Shown here: positions 1 through 17,850 of the stretch, piece after piece | Position numbering within the stretch: position 1 is the stretch's first letter | How the letters are laid out: the number at the start of each line of letters is the position of its first letter | Source of the DNA: the human T2T-CHM13v2.0 reference genome, Homo sapiens | NCBI RefSeq assembly: GCF_009914755.1 | Contig: NC_060941.1 | Length of the DNA stretch: 64,000 nt | Reading direction: 5' to 3' (one strand) | Program-made: the position numbers and the translations under genes | The notes under the pieces: model-generated | Told to the model about the DNA's origin: nothing | The model's database searches: none | Seen by the model: the letters and a program-made list of their open reading frames with translations, nothing else

Positions 1-3000
1 CTCTAGACCAGTTGGAAATCTTAGCCCTAGAGGAGGCTGGAGGGAATTATCCTGGAAGTGTAGTATCCCTTTTCAAATATAAACACCAGACAATTACAGC
101 AGCCAGTTAGCCCTTCCTTGCTCAGCACACTTGCGTTTCAGGCAGCGATTGGAAGGGACCCCAGCTCTGCCCAGGCAGCTGTCTCCCAGCCTTGGCTCCC
201 CAGGGCTCTTCCATCAGCTCACTAACATCTTCCAAGACTGTCGCAACCTTGAGATGTCTCTGCAGACTGAGCCTCCTCATCTCGGTGCTTGTTTTGCAAA
301 CATTTGGCTGCTTCATGGGAACCTGCCTCAACCTGAGGCCTGAGCTCTCTCTTGGCTGGGATGGTGAAGTCTTCTTGAGAAGGGCTGATCTCTTTTCTGA
401 TCACTCAGATCAGATGGCTTGGAAGTGACAAAGTGAAATGCATCTCTCTGCCATCCCTTCAAAGATGGAATGCCAGTTCTCCGTTCTCAGCAGCCAACAG
501 CCAACTTTGACATAGAACTTGGTTGAATATCTAAATGGACACTCACGTCGGAGCATAATTTTTAGGAAAGTAGCTAAAGGTTCAAAACAGGTCCCCAGTC
601 TCCTTTCTGACCCTGGGTGGCCCCTTCTCTCTGGACAGGGATGTCATCTGACAGGGAAGATATGTATGGAAATGTAGTCGCCTCTATATCAAAGAATGCT
701 TTCTCCATTTTCTTTACGGTGCTTTGCTTTAACCAAATTCACAATGGCTAACATAGTTAGACAGCAAAATAAACATGAGTGGCCATAAAACACTGACTCT
801 TCCAGACTCTGATGGAGGCTGTGCAGCCAGCTACCCGCCCCTGGACTTGGAGGGAGGGCCTAGTGTATAAACAGAGTTTGCATGCAAGACTCCATGTGTT
901 ATCAACATATCACATTCAGGCTCCTGCCAACCCCACAGCAGACACATAACTCTACATTATGTAATGTGGAAATCAGCAAGGCTTCGAGAAAAGTGGCTTT
1001 TTGTTCCTTAGAACCTATCTTCCACCTAGGGTAGATGTCCTCCCAGTCAAGCCAAGCAACTCTCCGTGGCCACCCCCCAGGCCAGGGGCTCACAGCTTCA
1101 GGCCACTGCTGCTCCTTCTTTCTTTTAGAAAGTGCTGAGCTTTGGAACACTGGGCAAAGGCCTTCTTGCCTTCTAAATTAGCCTTCTCTTGCTTCCATTA
1201 CACCATACTTTTTTCTCCCAACATTTTATTATGCAATTTTTCAAATATCCAGAAAATCTGAACCACTCCTGAGATCTATTTTTAAGTTATTACTCTCTCG
1301 TGAATGGCTCTTGAATTCTTCTCCTTTCCTCCAAGTAACATTTTTCAAGATACCTGTTGTGGGAAACATGTGGCATGGGATGTCAGTGCCCCACATGGCT
1401 GCTCAAGTTGTAATCCAGGGCTTCTCTCGGTTTTCTTTCAGAGATGAGAAGAGTCCAGGCTTCAGTTACAGACAGACCGGGGTTCTTCCTAGCTAAACTC
1501 TGGATGTGTTTCTTTACTGCTCTGAGCTTGAGCTTGCCTTCAAATGGTGGTGGGCATGACAGCCAATCCAACTATCCTGTAGTGAGCACTTACTAGATGC
1601 CAGGAACTCTTCCACATGACACCCAGGGGCTCTAATCCTCATAGTAACCTCAAAGGGAGGCACTAGTGTTATCCTCCATTGTAGATAATCAGGCTGGAAA
1701 CCCAAGCCTACTGCCTGTGGTGCTGTAGGAAGCACGCAGAGTGTTTATGACACACTTAGCACAAAGCCTTCACTCATAGTGGCTTTTCAACAAAGAATTC
1801 AAGGATTATTCTTATCAATAGTGGCAACATTTTTGCAGAGGGCACCCAATCAGCACACAGTCATACAGAACACAGACTGTAATAAGCACTTCTCATTGTC
1901 CTGGCCTTCTACACACCATTCTTTTAGCATCTGAGTTTGTTATCAGTGGCCTAGCACTAATGGCAGCACCCCTAAACCAAGGCTTTATTTGGACAGCAAT
2001 CTTCTGTGTAGCTGGCAAAGCCTCTTCTGCAAAGCACTGCTTTGAGTTCTGATTTTTGATTCCGAACACTGCATGGTATCGTTGTGATAATGGGAAATGT
2101 TGAAGTGCTGTCATTAGGTACTTCTACGTCATATCAGATAAACAGAATTCAGACACAAGCACTAAGGTAAAGCTTTATTGGATGGATCATCTTTTTTTTT
2201 AAGTGATGGAAATATATCAACTCTAAACTCTGTCCATATGCTCTACTGTAAACATGGCTATTGGCATGGTGAAAATATTTCCAGACTGGTTCATCCCTCT
2301 TCTGTTCACTTCAAAGATATTTTCCACAGTGGTTGCCATACAAATTCTAAACCCTAAAGATTCTGGGGCTGGTGCCCCATAGATGATTAGCTCTTCTCTA
2401 GGGTGAGGTATGGTTTCCTTAAAAGCAAATGGACTACCATCTTTCAGCCCAAAAAGCTCTTGACTGCCTCCAACCCCTCCTTCATCCTAAGCTCCTCCAA
2501 ACTCACTCTAAACAAACTCTCCCAGAAGGAAGCCTGTCGAAGATCTTTACAGTAAGTATCCTGGCCTTGGAAAAGGACAAAGAAAGGGCGAGCAGACACT
2601 GAATCTTGATGAGGAACTTTCTTCGAGCAAGAGGTAGAACTGAAGCACAGAGAACGTGGCATAGCTTTTCTAAAGTCGCAGACCAAGTTGGTCAAAAGAA
2701 AGAGAGAGCCCAGGAGTTCGGAATCCAGAGTGCTACTGTGCATTAGATCAGTAATAATTTCCATTAGCATTAAGTCCAGAGACCTTGGAACCAAAACAAA
2801 TCCAACTGTAGAACAAGTGTTTTGGGGAAAAAAAAATTGAAAGCTCCCTAACAACATCATCTTTCTCACGGGGATGAAGTTTCAGATACACCAAGACAGG
2901 ACACTTTATGAGTCGGATAAATTGTGTATCCAGAATAAGAACGAAGAGGTATATCCTGCATCTTCACCATTAATAGTTAAAGAATACAAGCTGGAATTTG

Positions 3001-4570
3001 GGGAGTATTGAGGCTAGAGTTTGGGAAAAAGATTCCCAGTCCAGGAAAGGGACAAACAGCTACAGAAGGAACAGAATACTGACTGATCCAACAGTGAAAC
3101 TCTCCCCAAAGGAGAGTTACAGGCAATTCCAGAGCTATACGTACACAAATATGATTCTTGCTGAAATCTAAAGAGAAGAAAGGGTGAAAGGCGAAGAGGG
3201 ATGAGATAAGGTAGTAGGATCCACCAGGAGCCCACATACATTCTTGACAATTATAATTAAGGACTTCCTATTGGGACGGACAATCCTGGCAAGACATCTG
3301 GTCACATTAATCCTCCTTTGGGCTGTGGAAGTTCACCACCAGAGGTAGATGTGTCATTGCAGAGAAACAATCAAGGATGAGGAGAGAAAGGGATGTTTTC
3401 GGTGGGCTGGCAGCACAACTTTGTGGACTGCCCTGTTTTTTAACAAACCCACAGAACTCTGTGGAGCCAAGTGTTCTTCACGCTAGGCCAGACTTTCCTA
3501 CCCCACCTTGGGGGTCTGCCAGTTTTTGCTGGCTCCCTCTCCAATGTCAAGCCTTCTTGTGAAATGACTGGTGCTTCCTGCTTCCCATCACAACCCCGAC
3601 CCAGACACGCCACCTCTCCCTGGGTATCCGCCCTATGGCTTAATGAAAGGGAGCCAAGGGGCTCTTGAGGACAGAGAAGCCCCTGTTCAGAAGAGGAGAA
3701 AAAGAACAGGGTCACTTCCTTCCCTGTTTTCTAGGTTTCTTCCGCCTTTTTCTCTTCCCGCCGTCCCCTCCCATGGCCGCTGCTCCTTGGCCTTGATTCA
3801 GCACTGCATTCCTGCTTCTTTGTGTCCCAGCCTCCCAGCTTGCAAGGCCGTGGGGATGTTCAGAGAGTTAACAGCTCCAAGAAATTCTCATCTCCATAGA
3901 CCTGTCTACCCACCTCCCACCTGGGCTGCAGAGAAACAGCCAACATTCCTTCAGGCCCACAGAGAAAGGGTGTGACTCGAATTACTCAATGAAGCCTCCA
4001 AGCCAGCCTCTTATGCCCCCAAAACAATAGAGTTGTATTTTTCTTGGACTTCATTCATTTTATTTGGTTTCTCCTTTGACTAGCAGAAAGAACTCCTTTC
4101 CCTCCCTCTCCCTACCACCACTTTTCTTAATCCACCAGCTTCACTCTTCCAGTAGAACCCAACCCCCCAACCCCAGTAGGGTGAAGCCTTGGATCATGAA
4201 CTTGAGTGACGTCAGCGAGCTTGAGAAACGCCATCCGCCATCCGCTTCTCCTGGGCTTTCTCACATGTGGGAATCATCTCTTGGGAGTCTGCATCCCATC
4301 TCTGATCTGTTTGTTTTGGATGCTAATCCCAGGACGCTGGGTGAGGTGTTAGGCAGACTGACCTTTCCTGTTTTCTGAGTCAGTGATCTTAGATCACTAA
4401 GTCAGGTGCTAAGTGTTGAAAATTAAAATCAATGTGTGGGGCCTGCAAGAGGGAGACAAGAAGGTGAGAACAAAGGGTGAAAGGGGAAGGTGACATCTAG
4501 TTTTGTTTGAAACAAACAAAAACCTATCTATCTGCCATAAATCCATCCTCATCAAAAAGAGATTCTGGTA

Positions 4571-4689
4571 GCTGGTGTCTCGTGTGCCTGTAGTCCCAGC
4601 TACTTGGGTAGCTAAGGCAGGAGGATCGCTTGACCCAGGAATATTAGGCCAGCCTGGGCAACATAGTGAGACTCTGTCTCTTAAAAAAA
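4571..4689 (+). mobile_element. Alu monomer (FLAM/FAM-like)
   Basis: GCCTGTAGTCCCAGCTACTTGGG...AGCCTGGGCAACATAGTGAGACTCTGTCTC followed by a short A tail. Confidence 0.8.
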
Positions 4690-4919
4690 TGGCGGGGGTT
4701 GGAGGGATTGTACGTATTTGGTATGAGGCACACATTACGAAGAATATGATGTGGACATGAGTCCTCCTGACAAATTGCCTCTGAAAAGCTACAGCCCATC
4801 TTAACTCCCAAGGCAGCTTCCACTCAACCCCAAACAGCCAAATCTTCTGGTATTCAGGGAATTTTTGTTTGATTGTCTACTGAGCTCCCGACGTATGTCA
4901 GGCTGTCAGGCTGCAATGA

Positions 4920-5372
<453 letters not shown>

Positions 5373-5499
5373 TAAATCCAGCTTTTATCTCAGAGGTCAA
5401 AATCCTGAGCAGGCCCAAGACAATGCAGCCTAAACATCTTTAGAAACTCAAGACAACTTCTCATTTTAAATATGAGGAAGCTGACTTGTTGAGAAGTGA

Positions 5500-8600
<3,101 letters not shown>

Positions 8601-8751
8601 TTCCCGTCTGTAAAATAAGGAAAATAACAAGAACCCACCACGAAAGGTTCCTGGGGGCACACAAGGTAATATATCCAGGTAAAGCCCTTAGCAGACTACC
8701 AAGCTCATACGAAGGGCTGTGCAAGCACTGCCTTTTATTAAAAAATGTCAC

Positions 8752-9299
<548 letters not shown>

Positions 9300-11268
9300 T
9301 CAACCCACACACCATTCCTACAAACCCGGGAGAAGGGTCTCATGAAAAGGAAATTAAACAAATGGAGGACACGTTTGATGTGCATGGTTCAAGTCACACT
9401 TTGTTCTCTGCTCCTAGTAGACAAAGTCAGCCAAACCCTGATTAGGGGAGAGGGGAAGAGATAAAATCAGAGATGCACTTCACAAAACAGTGGAGTCCCA
9501 GTCTGTCCACGTGACCCAAAAAAGAGTGAACAAGAGCACAGGGAGAACAAGAAGACTGTGGAGGAGTGGGCTTGCGGGGTGCACCCGTACCCTGAGTTCC
9601 GTGATAGCAGCAGCATGAGGAATTCTGTGTATGCGCGCGGCGGCGGGGGAGGCAGGCGTGGCCCCTGAGACGCCTCATCCAGAGATCTGCCTCTCCATTA
9701 ACTGTGTCACCTTGAGCAAGCAGCCGACTATTGCCAGAGCTTCTGTTTCTTTAGGTGGAAAACAAAGAGAATAATTCCTTCCCCTCACAGCCTCCTAGAG
9801 ATATGCAGGGAATAGAGCTGAGGAGTGGATGGAAGGGCACTTCAAAAGCGAAAGCAGGAAGCAGCAGCAAGGAATGTGTATTAGTGATGGAATTATTTGA
9901 GAAGGAACAAGAGCATATGAATATGTGTGCTTTGGAGTGGCGCATGTGTGTGTATGAGAGAGACAGAGGGAGAGAATGAATAGGCGTGTCCTCCCAGGAT
10001 TCCCCCACGTCAATGAGTGATGGTGCAGTGTGCGAATGGGTGTTTATTCAGGGGAGACTGCATAGAGCTGTGATCACTGAGTCCAGGCAAAGGCTGGTTG
10101 CAGGGGAGAGGCATAGCAGCCACAGTTGTGGGTGGAAGCTGACAAAACAGAGAGAATACAGGCTCTAAACAGACAGGGGGCCAAAACCAAGGCTTCTCCT
10201 CCCCAAGCCGACACCCCACACTTCCTACATGTGGTGGCTGCCCACGGGCTGGAAGACAGTGCCTCTCCCATGACCCCTCAGTGCATCACCCCACCCATCT
10301 GAGCAACAGGTTTCACCCAGAAGCAGCAAAAAGCTACGGCACTTTTGACATTTAATAACTAAGTAAATAGCTGTAGAAATGAACCCCGCCCATCCTTCCC
10401 CACCCCCAAGCCAATGCAACAGTTCCTGAAGCTAATGTTTCTCTCCTCCTCCTGTCCTCATTTTCCTTTTCACCTCTTCCTACTCCTCCTCCTTCTTCTT
10501 CCAAATAAATCACAGTTTGGATTAGGGGCAAGAGTAGTGGTGGGTGATTTTGTTTCTCCAACGTCCGGGGTCAGAGGATGCAGGGTCAGAGGCACGAATG
10601 ATGCAGACAACACACACTGTGTACACTCACTGCCATTCTCGCTTTCCCTTTAACTCCCACCCCTCCCCTTCTACAGGAGGGTCTGGGAAGGGATTTGTGT
10701 TTCTGGGGCTCTGGGGACTGCAGTCCCTGGGGCCATCTGGGAGTGATTAGCCTACAGATTTCAGGTAGCTCCAGCCACACGTGCAACCCACATGACACCC
10801 GCTAATTCCATACCCACAGCTCTCCTTCTCCAAACAAACAGCAGCACGGTTTGCAGAAAGAAGAAAATGCCTTCCCAAGAGGAGCTGCAGAGAAAGGCCA
10901 GGTCATAATCGTCTCGTAGGCACCAACTCCCCACAACCACCGTCTCCGCCCACCATTCATTCACCATTCAGCCACACCACCACCAGGGCTCATCTGTGAA
11001 AGGGCTGTGCATTGAACTTAGAAAAGCAAGCAAAAAAACCAGGAAGAAAAAAAGTTATTTTCATTGTATATTTGGGCAGCAAGGTCTGGGGGTTTTAGAG
11101 GTCCTGATATGTTAATAATGATTTCAGTTTGCGGTTTGATTGTTTTCTCAAAACCTGTAAATCCAGACCAGAAATGTATAAAGCTTGCAGTCTGAAAGCT
11201 TTATATCCATCACTACAAATATTCTCCAAAGGAGGTCTACAACACTCTTTCTTATAGAAGGAAGTCAA

Positions 11269-11570
11269 GGCCAGGCACGGTGGCTCACGCCTATAATCCT
11301 AGCACCTTGGGAGGCCCAGGCAGGAGGATCACTTGAGCCCAGGAGTTTGGGACCAGCCTGGGCAACACAGTGAGACCCCATCTCTACTAAAAATACAAAA
11401 AATTAGCAGGGCATAGTGGTGAACACCTGTAGTCCCAGTTACTCAGGCGACTGAAGTGAGAGGGCCACCTAAGCTCAAGAAGTCACGGTTGCAGTGAGCT
11501 GAAATCACACCATTGCACTCTAGCCTGGGCGATGGGAATGAGACCCTCTCTCAAAAAAAAAAAAAAAAAA
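11269..11570 (+). mobile_element. Alu (AluJ-like)
   Basis: GGCCAGGCACGGTGGCTCAC...GGATCACTTGAGCCCAGGAG (J diagnostic)...A tail. Confidence 0.93.
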
Positions 11571-12233
11571 TCAGAGGGCAGGAAATTTATATGAAGGTAC
11601 CAAGACAAGGACAGATTTCCTTGTAAGTGGCAATAAGGAGCCATCTGCCAGTCACATTTCAAAGGGAGCTTTAAGGACATTCCATCTAAGTGATCAAGAT
11701 GTCCCACTGTGTGCCTAATGGCTGAAATTCTACCATTAGGTATTCATTGCTTTGGCTATATTTTAGCATTCATTCCCTACATGAACGTTTATTCAGCAGA
11801 GTCTATGTGGCACACAGACTGAGGATACAAAGAGGATAACACTACGTGCTTTTCCTCGAGGAGATCACATTTCAGCTGTGGAGCATATATACACAAAGAC
11901 AGCAGCACAATAGAGGCCTGAACAAAATGTTATAAAAACACAGAGATGGGAGCCAATAGCTTTTCCTGGGGAGTCCTCAAATCTTCACAGAGGGGTTAGC
12001 ATTTAAACTAGATCTCTACCCCTTATTTAAGTCTCACTGCCTCTTAGACTGAGAACATATGAAGCCTTAGTAGTCATTTACTCCATAGTCTGAATAAGCC
12101 TCACATCTTTCCCAAGGTAAGATAGGTGCGGGCAGCTTTTATCTGGGAGAGACAGCTTTCCCTGAAAAGGAGAGTTATAAGAAAGGACTGAAAGAAAGCC
12201 TTCCTAGTATATGAAAAAGAAAAGTGAAGATGA

Positions 12234-12678
<445 letters not shown>

Positions 12679-15049
12679 TAGCACTTCCTGGTTTGCCTGA
12701 CTAAATATCAAAATGCTTCGAGCAGAAGTGAAGTTGGAGTGGCAAATCCCAGAGACAGGAGAAGGGAATAGGTGAGTTTGTATTCTATCCTCTGCCCAGA
12801 CTGTGCAGTCCACTTGGCTGAGGATCCTATAATAACCCAAGAGTTGGCTGAAGTAGGCCTTGGGCCTAGCTGAGCTGAGGAAGGTGAGCTTAGAGGCAAA
12901 TGTCCCCACTGATATCACCCTGAAGCCCTGCTTTCCTAAAACCTAAGTTCCTGGAGGAGAGTCAGAAACCAGAGAACCATTTAAGTGCCAGGAAAATACA
13001 AAGCAATTAGTGACTTTTGCTTTAGGCAGAATCTAAAGAGGAAAAAGAAATCTTTGAGCCTCATGAAACTCCACCTCCCTGGGCCTCTTCCGGAACCACA
13101 ATGTTCAGCCCACTCAGTGTTTGGCCAATGCCACTCTCTCCTCCCCCAGAACATTTCTTTGCTCCTGGAAAATCATCTGGAAACTGTCATCACCACTGTG
13201 CTGGTTGGCAGATGTCCCCCAAAGAGAGAGTGAAGCGTACCACACACTACAAGGCATTTCTGGGCTTGGACCAAGAAGGGGCGAGGGCGGAGAAAGAAGA
13301 TGGCCCAGTCAAAGGGCAACACAGCATCAGCAGGGCTCCTGGGGCCAAGAGGAAAGAGATGGGACTGAGTCTGCCACCAAGCCAGGAGCTTGGGGTGCCA
13401 CTCCTTACCTGCGCTTTACCTGCCTCCAAAGCACCTTGATGGAGCCGCAAGGATGGGAGGCAGCTTTCTGTGACCTGTGAATCGTCTCAGGGAAATAGAG
13501 GGGGAATCCATGAAAGAGGCAGCAAGAGTCTCAGAACATTATGAGCCCAGAGGACAGAGCAGAGTTCATGTGGACAGAGGCTGGATTCTGCGGGAAACCA
13601 GACCTGGAGACAACAGCAGAGATGAAATCTTGTCTCCTTCAGAAGTTTAGGCACATTGTCAGCCCTCAGGCAATATTCACTGAATTGATTTATTCAAAAA
13701 TCAGAATGATTTGACGTTGGGCTAAATGGGAGAGACATGACAAGTGACAGGGAAAGACAGGATGGAAAGGACATGGTGTCTCCACCACGTTGTACTTCCT
13801 CTACCCAGAACTCTACTCTGTCATCTGGAGTCCTAGAAAGATTTAGATGTAGCCACCCCATTCCCCCCATCCCTGCCCAGCCTCGTGTTCGTCCATACTT
13901 TGCAAATTTGCAAGCACCCGCAACAGCCTGCTTTGCCGCCCATGATACAGCATATATTTAATATAGTTGGGGTTCAAACTAATGCTCTACTGGGAGCTCC
14001 CTAGGAAAACTCTAGAGCCAGGTCCCTGGGGAGAAGTGGACCCTGGAGGCGTGGGGATGGGGTGAACGCCTGGGTGGAATATCTGAGCAAACCTACTCTG
14101 CCTTTCTGTCCAATCATACGGTAGAAAGCATACCTTCCAGGTACAGTATCAACCCCTCCGTCAGGGTTAGACACCACCTTTTCTCCTGGCTGCTGAGGAA
14201 AACATCTCAACCTATGAGATGTCTCCACTGCTCCAAGAAAATGAGTATTTAGGGGAAAGATTAAATGCCCATATACTTGAATCTATAGTGACCCTACCCC
14301 TAAATTATACTAGTAACTGTTTATCTGTCTCTGCTTTGCCTGTGGATATTAAGGCAGATGAGACAAAAAGTCTTCTTTTGCCAACCAAAGCTAACAGTTT
14401 GCGAGCTTTAGGGGGACCCCAAAGGGGACCAGTTTCTGTAATACAGTTGATGCCTTCTGTCTGTGTTCTGTCAGGATTCCCTCACATTTTAGCCAACCTG
14501 GAAACTAGGGAAGAAAAAGTAACAGGTTCCAGTCCTAGAACTCTGTGGAAGAAATCAACCTGCCCTTTCTCGTGGGGGTAAACACATGTGATCCAAAAGA
14601 TAGTGACAGGAACACTGTTATATTTTCCGGGTCTTAATGATTTGGAAGGGGAATACTGTCCCCTCTCCTAGGCCAGTCCAAATTTCACAACCCATCCGGA
14701 AAACAAAAGGCTGAAGACAGAAAAAGAAGACATTTACTATTCCACTTCTTCCTTTTACATCAGTGAGAGAAAGGGCCTTGGGAGAAAGATGGCACAGAGA
14801 GAAACAAAAGAAAGAAAGAAAGAAAACCAAAAATCTCTGCTTTCTCAAAAATCCCTGGTCTGCCTATCTAGGCTGGGAGAGACCCCGAGGGCAGCCTGTC
14901 TCTCCTGCAGCCTTTGCAGTCAGCGACAGGCATCATGAAATTAATTTGAAATAAACAATGACAAAGCAGGAAGCTCAACGGGTCCCTGAGTTGCTTTGGG
15001 CCCCCACTCCTCCCCGAAGCCCCTGGGCTGTTTAACAAAGCCGTGGGTC

Positions 15050-17850
15050 CGCCTACCCCAAGCACTTTTTGTGACGTCACAGCTCCGAGGACCATCCGGG
15101 GGCTTTACTCTCGCGGAAGCCCAAAAGTTGGGGTTTGACCTCATGACCTTGGCCTTCCCGGGGGGCGGGAGGCCCTCGGGACAGGACGCGCTGTCCCCGG
15201 AGTCCGGAGCTCAGGCCAGTGGCAGTCGACCCAGCCCCCGAGACTCCCTCACGCCGCTCCAAAACCAAAACGGAGCCCAACACGAAGCTGGGTGAAGCCG
15301 TAGCTTGCAGGAGCCAGGGAGATGCGCTCTGCCCGGGACTTCCCGGGTCCTGTTGAGACGGAAAGGATCGCAGGGAAGACAGGATAATTGGTCTTTAACT
15401 CTGACCGTTACCTTCGAAATTGCACCTTACAAGCATGTCCTCTATTTCCGTGGCTTGATGGGGACACTTTCTCTGATTAAGATCCGGAATAATCACCCAC
15501 CCAATGGGATCTCTTAGAGGGAAGCGCTGGTTAGAATCCCTCCAGGCTGAGATGCAATCATCGCCATTGAGCCTGCCCTCCCCTAGGGAAACCCCACAAA
15601 ACCATCCTGAGAATCTCAGCCCTCTTTGGTCGGTACCTGAGACTGCATAGACCTAAACTGAAAGGTGATCGAAGGGGAGGAGCAGTTGCTCGTGCGGAGG
15701 AAGCTCTTGGGGCCGAAGTGGCCCCGGCCGAGTATGTCGCAAAGGAGGCACCACTGCGTTGAGCGCTTACTGTATCTTTACTTTTAAATCACCAAGGCAA
15801 AATCACCTTCAGCTAAAAATGCCTGAAAGACTTTTTAAAATAGTGGGAGTGGGCGTTAGGGGGAAGAGATGGCCTAGGAAATTTTCCGCAGGGCGTTCTA
15901 GGGATGAGTTGAGGGAAGCCGCATGACGCGCGGCTCCCCGGTGCCACAGCTAAGGACAGATATTTTCGCAAAACCCAGAATGAAAAAAGAGCACGCTCCC
16001 TTTGGGAGCGCTGTCCCTTTGGGACTGGGGCCTTCCACTCCCACCCCTCCTTTTTCCCTGATCGGCTCCGCAGCTCCACGACAAGCCAGCTGGTCTGGTC
16101 TCTGACTTGGGCTCCGGTCCGTACCCCCGGGGCGCCCTGCTGTGTTACAGCCGCCCGACGCCCCCAGACCCGGCCAGGTCACCAGGGCAGATTGGAGGTT
16201 CGCGCCCCCTCACCCGACACCTCCCGTCCACCTCATCTTTCTTTTTTTCGAAAACAGGAAAGGGAAGAAAACTGAAACGGGCCTCTTGGTCTGCAGTTTT
16301 AGCGGAGTCGGGATTCCACAGCCCTGAGTGGCACATGCCGGTCAACTTCCCAAAGTCGGGCTCCCGTGTGGGGAGAAATACACACGCAGGAATGCACAAG
16401 CATCGCGTGTTCGCAACTGTCGCTGGGAGGTCTGGCGGCTGTGATGGGACATGCACTCACTCGGGCAACACGTCCACAGGTGACATCTATTCGATCAGTC
16501 AACAGATATTTATTGCGCACCTACGACGCTATCTGGTACTTTCCTTTTCCCCTTAGCTGTTGCTGTCCAGCCCAGCGCCAGTCCAGAGACGGGCTTACCG
16601 GCCGCTCCCTTCCACAAGAAACTCGTGTCCGGCGTGAAGAGCGGACGATAAACACTCTCCAAGCCCAGCGAAATGTACTAATTACAGGAGCGGCTGGGAG
16701 CCCGCGACACGGGGACCTGTCCCTCCAGGGATAGGAGTCTTCTACCTGCAAGGGACCCGGCCTGGGGAACTGGAATAGACAAGGGGTAACCCCTTCTCCC
16801 ATCACCTCTAATGAGAACATTGTCCGGGGCTGAGATATTTGGGGGACGCCGCTGCTCACCCCACCAAACTTTCCCTAGGGACAGAAAAGCGTCCCTACCG
16901 AAAACGGATTTAAACACCGTCCCCACTTTTGCTAAGGAAGTTTGGATAGGGAGGTTGTGGTCCTTAATTCGCCAGGTAAAAGGAACCCCATCAGCTCGCA
17001 TCCCTCACCCCCATCCTGAGCACTGAGTGTTTGCGAGAAACTCGCCCTGCGCCAGCAACTCTGGGCTCCGGTCTCAGCTCCCGCGTAGACGCGGAGGAGA
17101 GATTGGCGGCCCCCGCTGGGGAAATTGAGCCCGGCGCCGGTCCGGGACGTGCAAGAGGGGGAAAGGGGGAGATCCCAGACCTCGGTTTCCCGAGGGCTTC
17201 CCTGGGGAGCCACTCGCACCTCTGTGTCTCCGCTCCCGGCGGCAGACCTCGCGGCGCTTGCTCAAGAGCGGGTATCCGAAAGCACGTCCCGAACACGGAG
17301 AAGCGCCCTCCGTCTCCTGCCTCGTGACCTGCGCCCTTTCCCTCCCTCACCGCATCAGATGGAGGACCCTGGCTCCTTTCGCCCCTGGCAAAATGCTCTA
17401 GCCAACACTGGGTCAACAGCCTTAGTTTCCAGATCTGTAACCTGAACATCAGGAGCGGGTTCCTTTCCTTCTACCTGTGTCTGAGGTCCTCTGGTCGGGG
17501 ACTGCGCGCGTCTTCCCAGGTCAGGGAGGAGGGGTCGGGGCGACCTGAGAAAGACACAACGAAGCGAATGGAGCCCCTGAATGGGGAAAGGGGAGTGGAC
17601 ACCAGGAGGCCCCTGCAGAAATGCAGGACCGATCCACTCGCGAGCTGACAATGCCACGCGCTAGACTTGGCCTGACGGTGGCAACGCTTGGCACCTGGGG
17701 GATAGGGGCCTTCTCCTGGCCTCAGTCCCCAAATTCTGCGCAGAATAGAACGGCTGGCATCTCAAGTGCTCTTTTTTCACCCGGATCTCTACAGACACAA
17801 GTTCCCTCACTGAGCTGCGCAGAGGTGGATCCGCACAGGAGGGAATATCG
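15050..17850. promoter_or_regulatory. Upstream CpG island / CpG-rich regulatory domain (-5.2 to -2.4 kb)
   Basis: Dense CpG in non-repeat sequence; perfect CRE palindrome GTGACGTCAC at 15071-15080 at its left edge. Confidence 0.75.
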
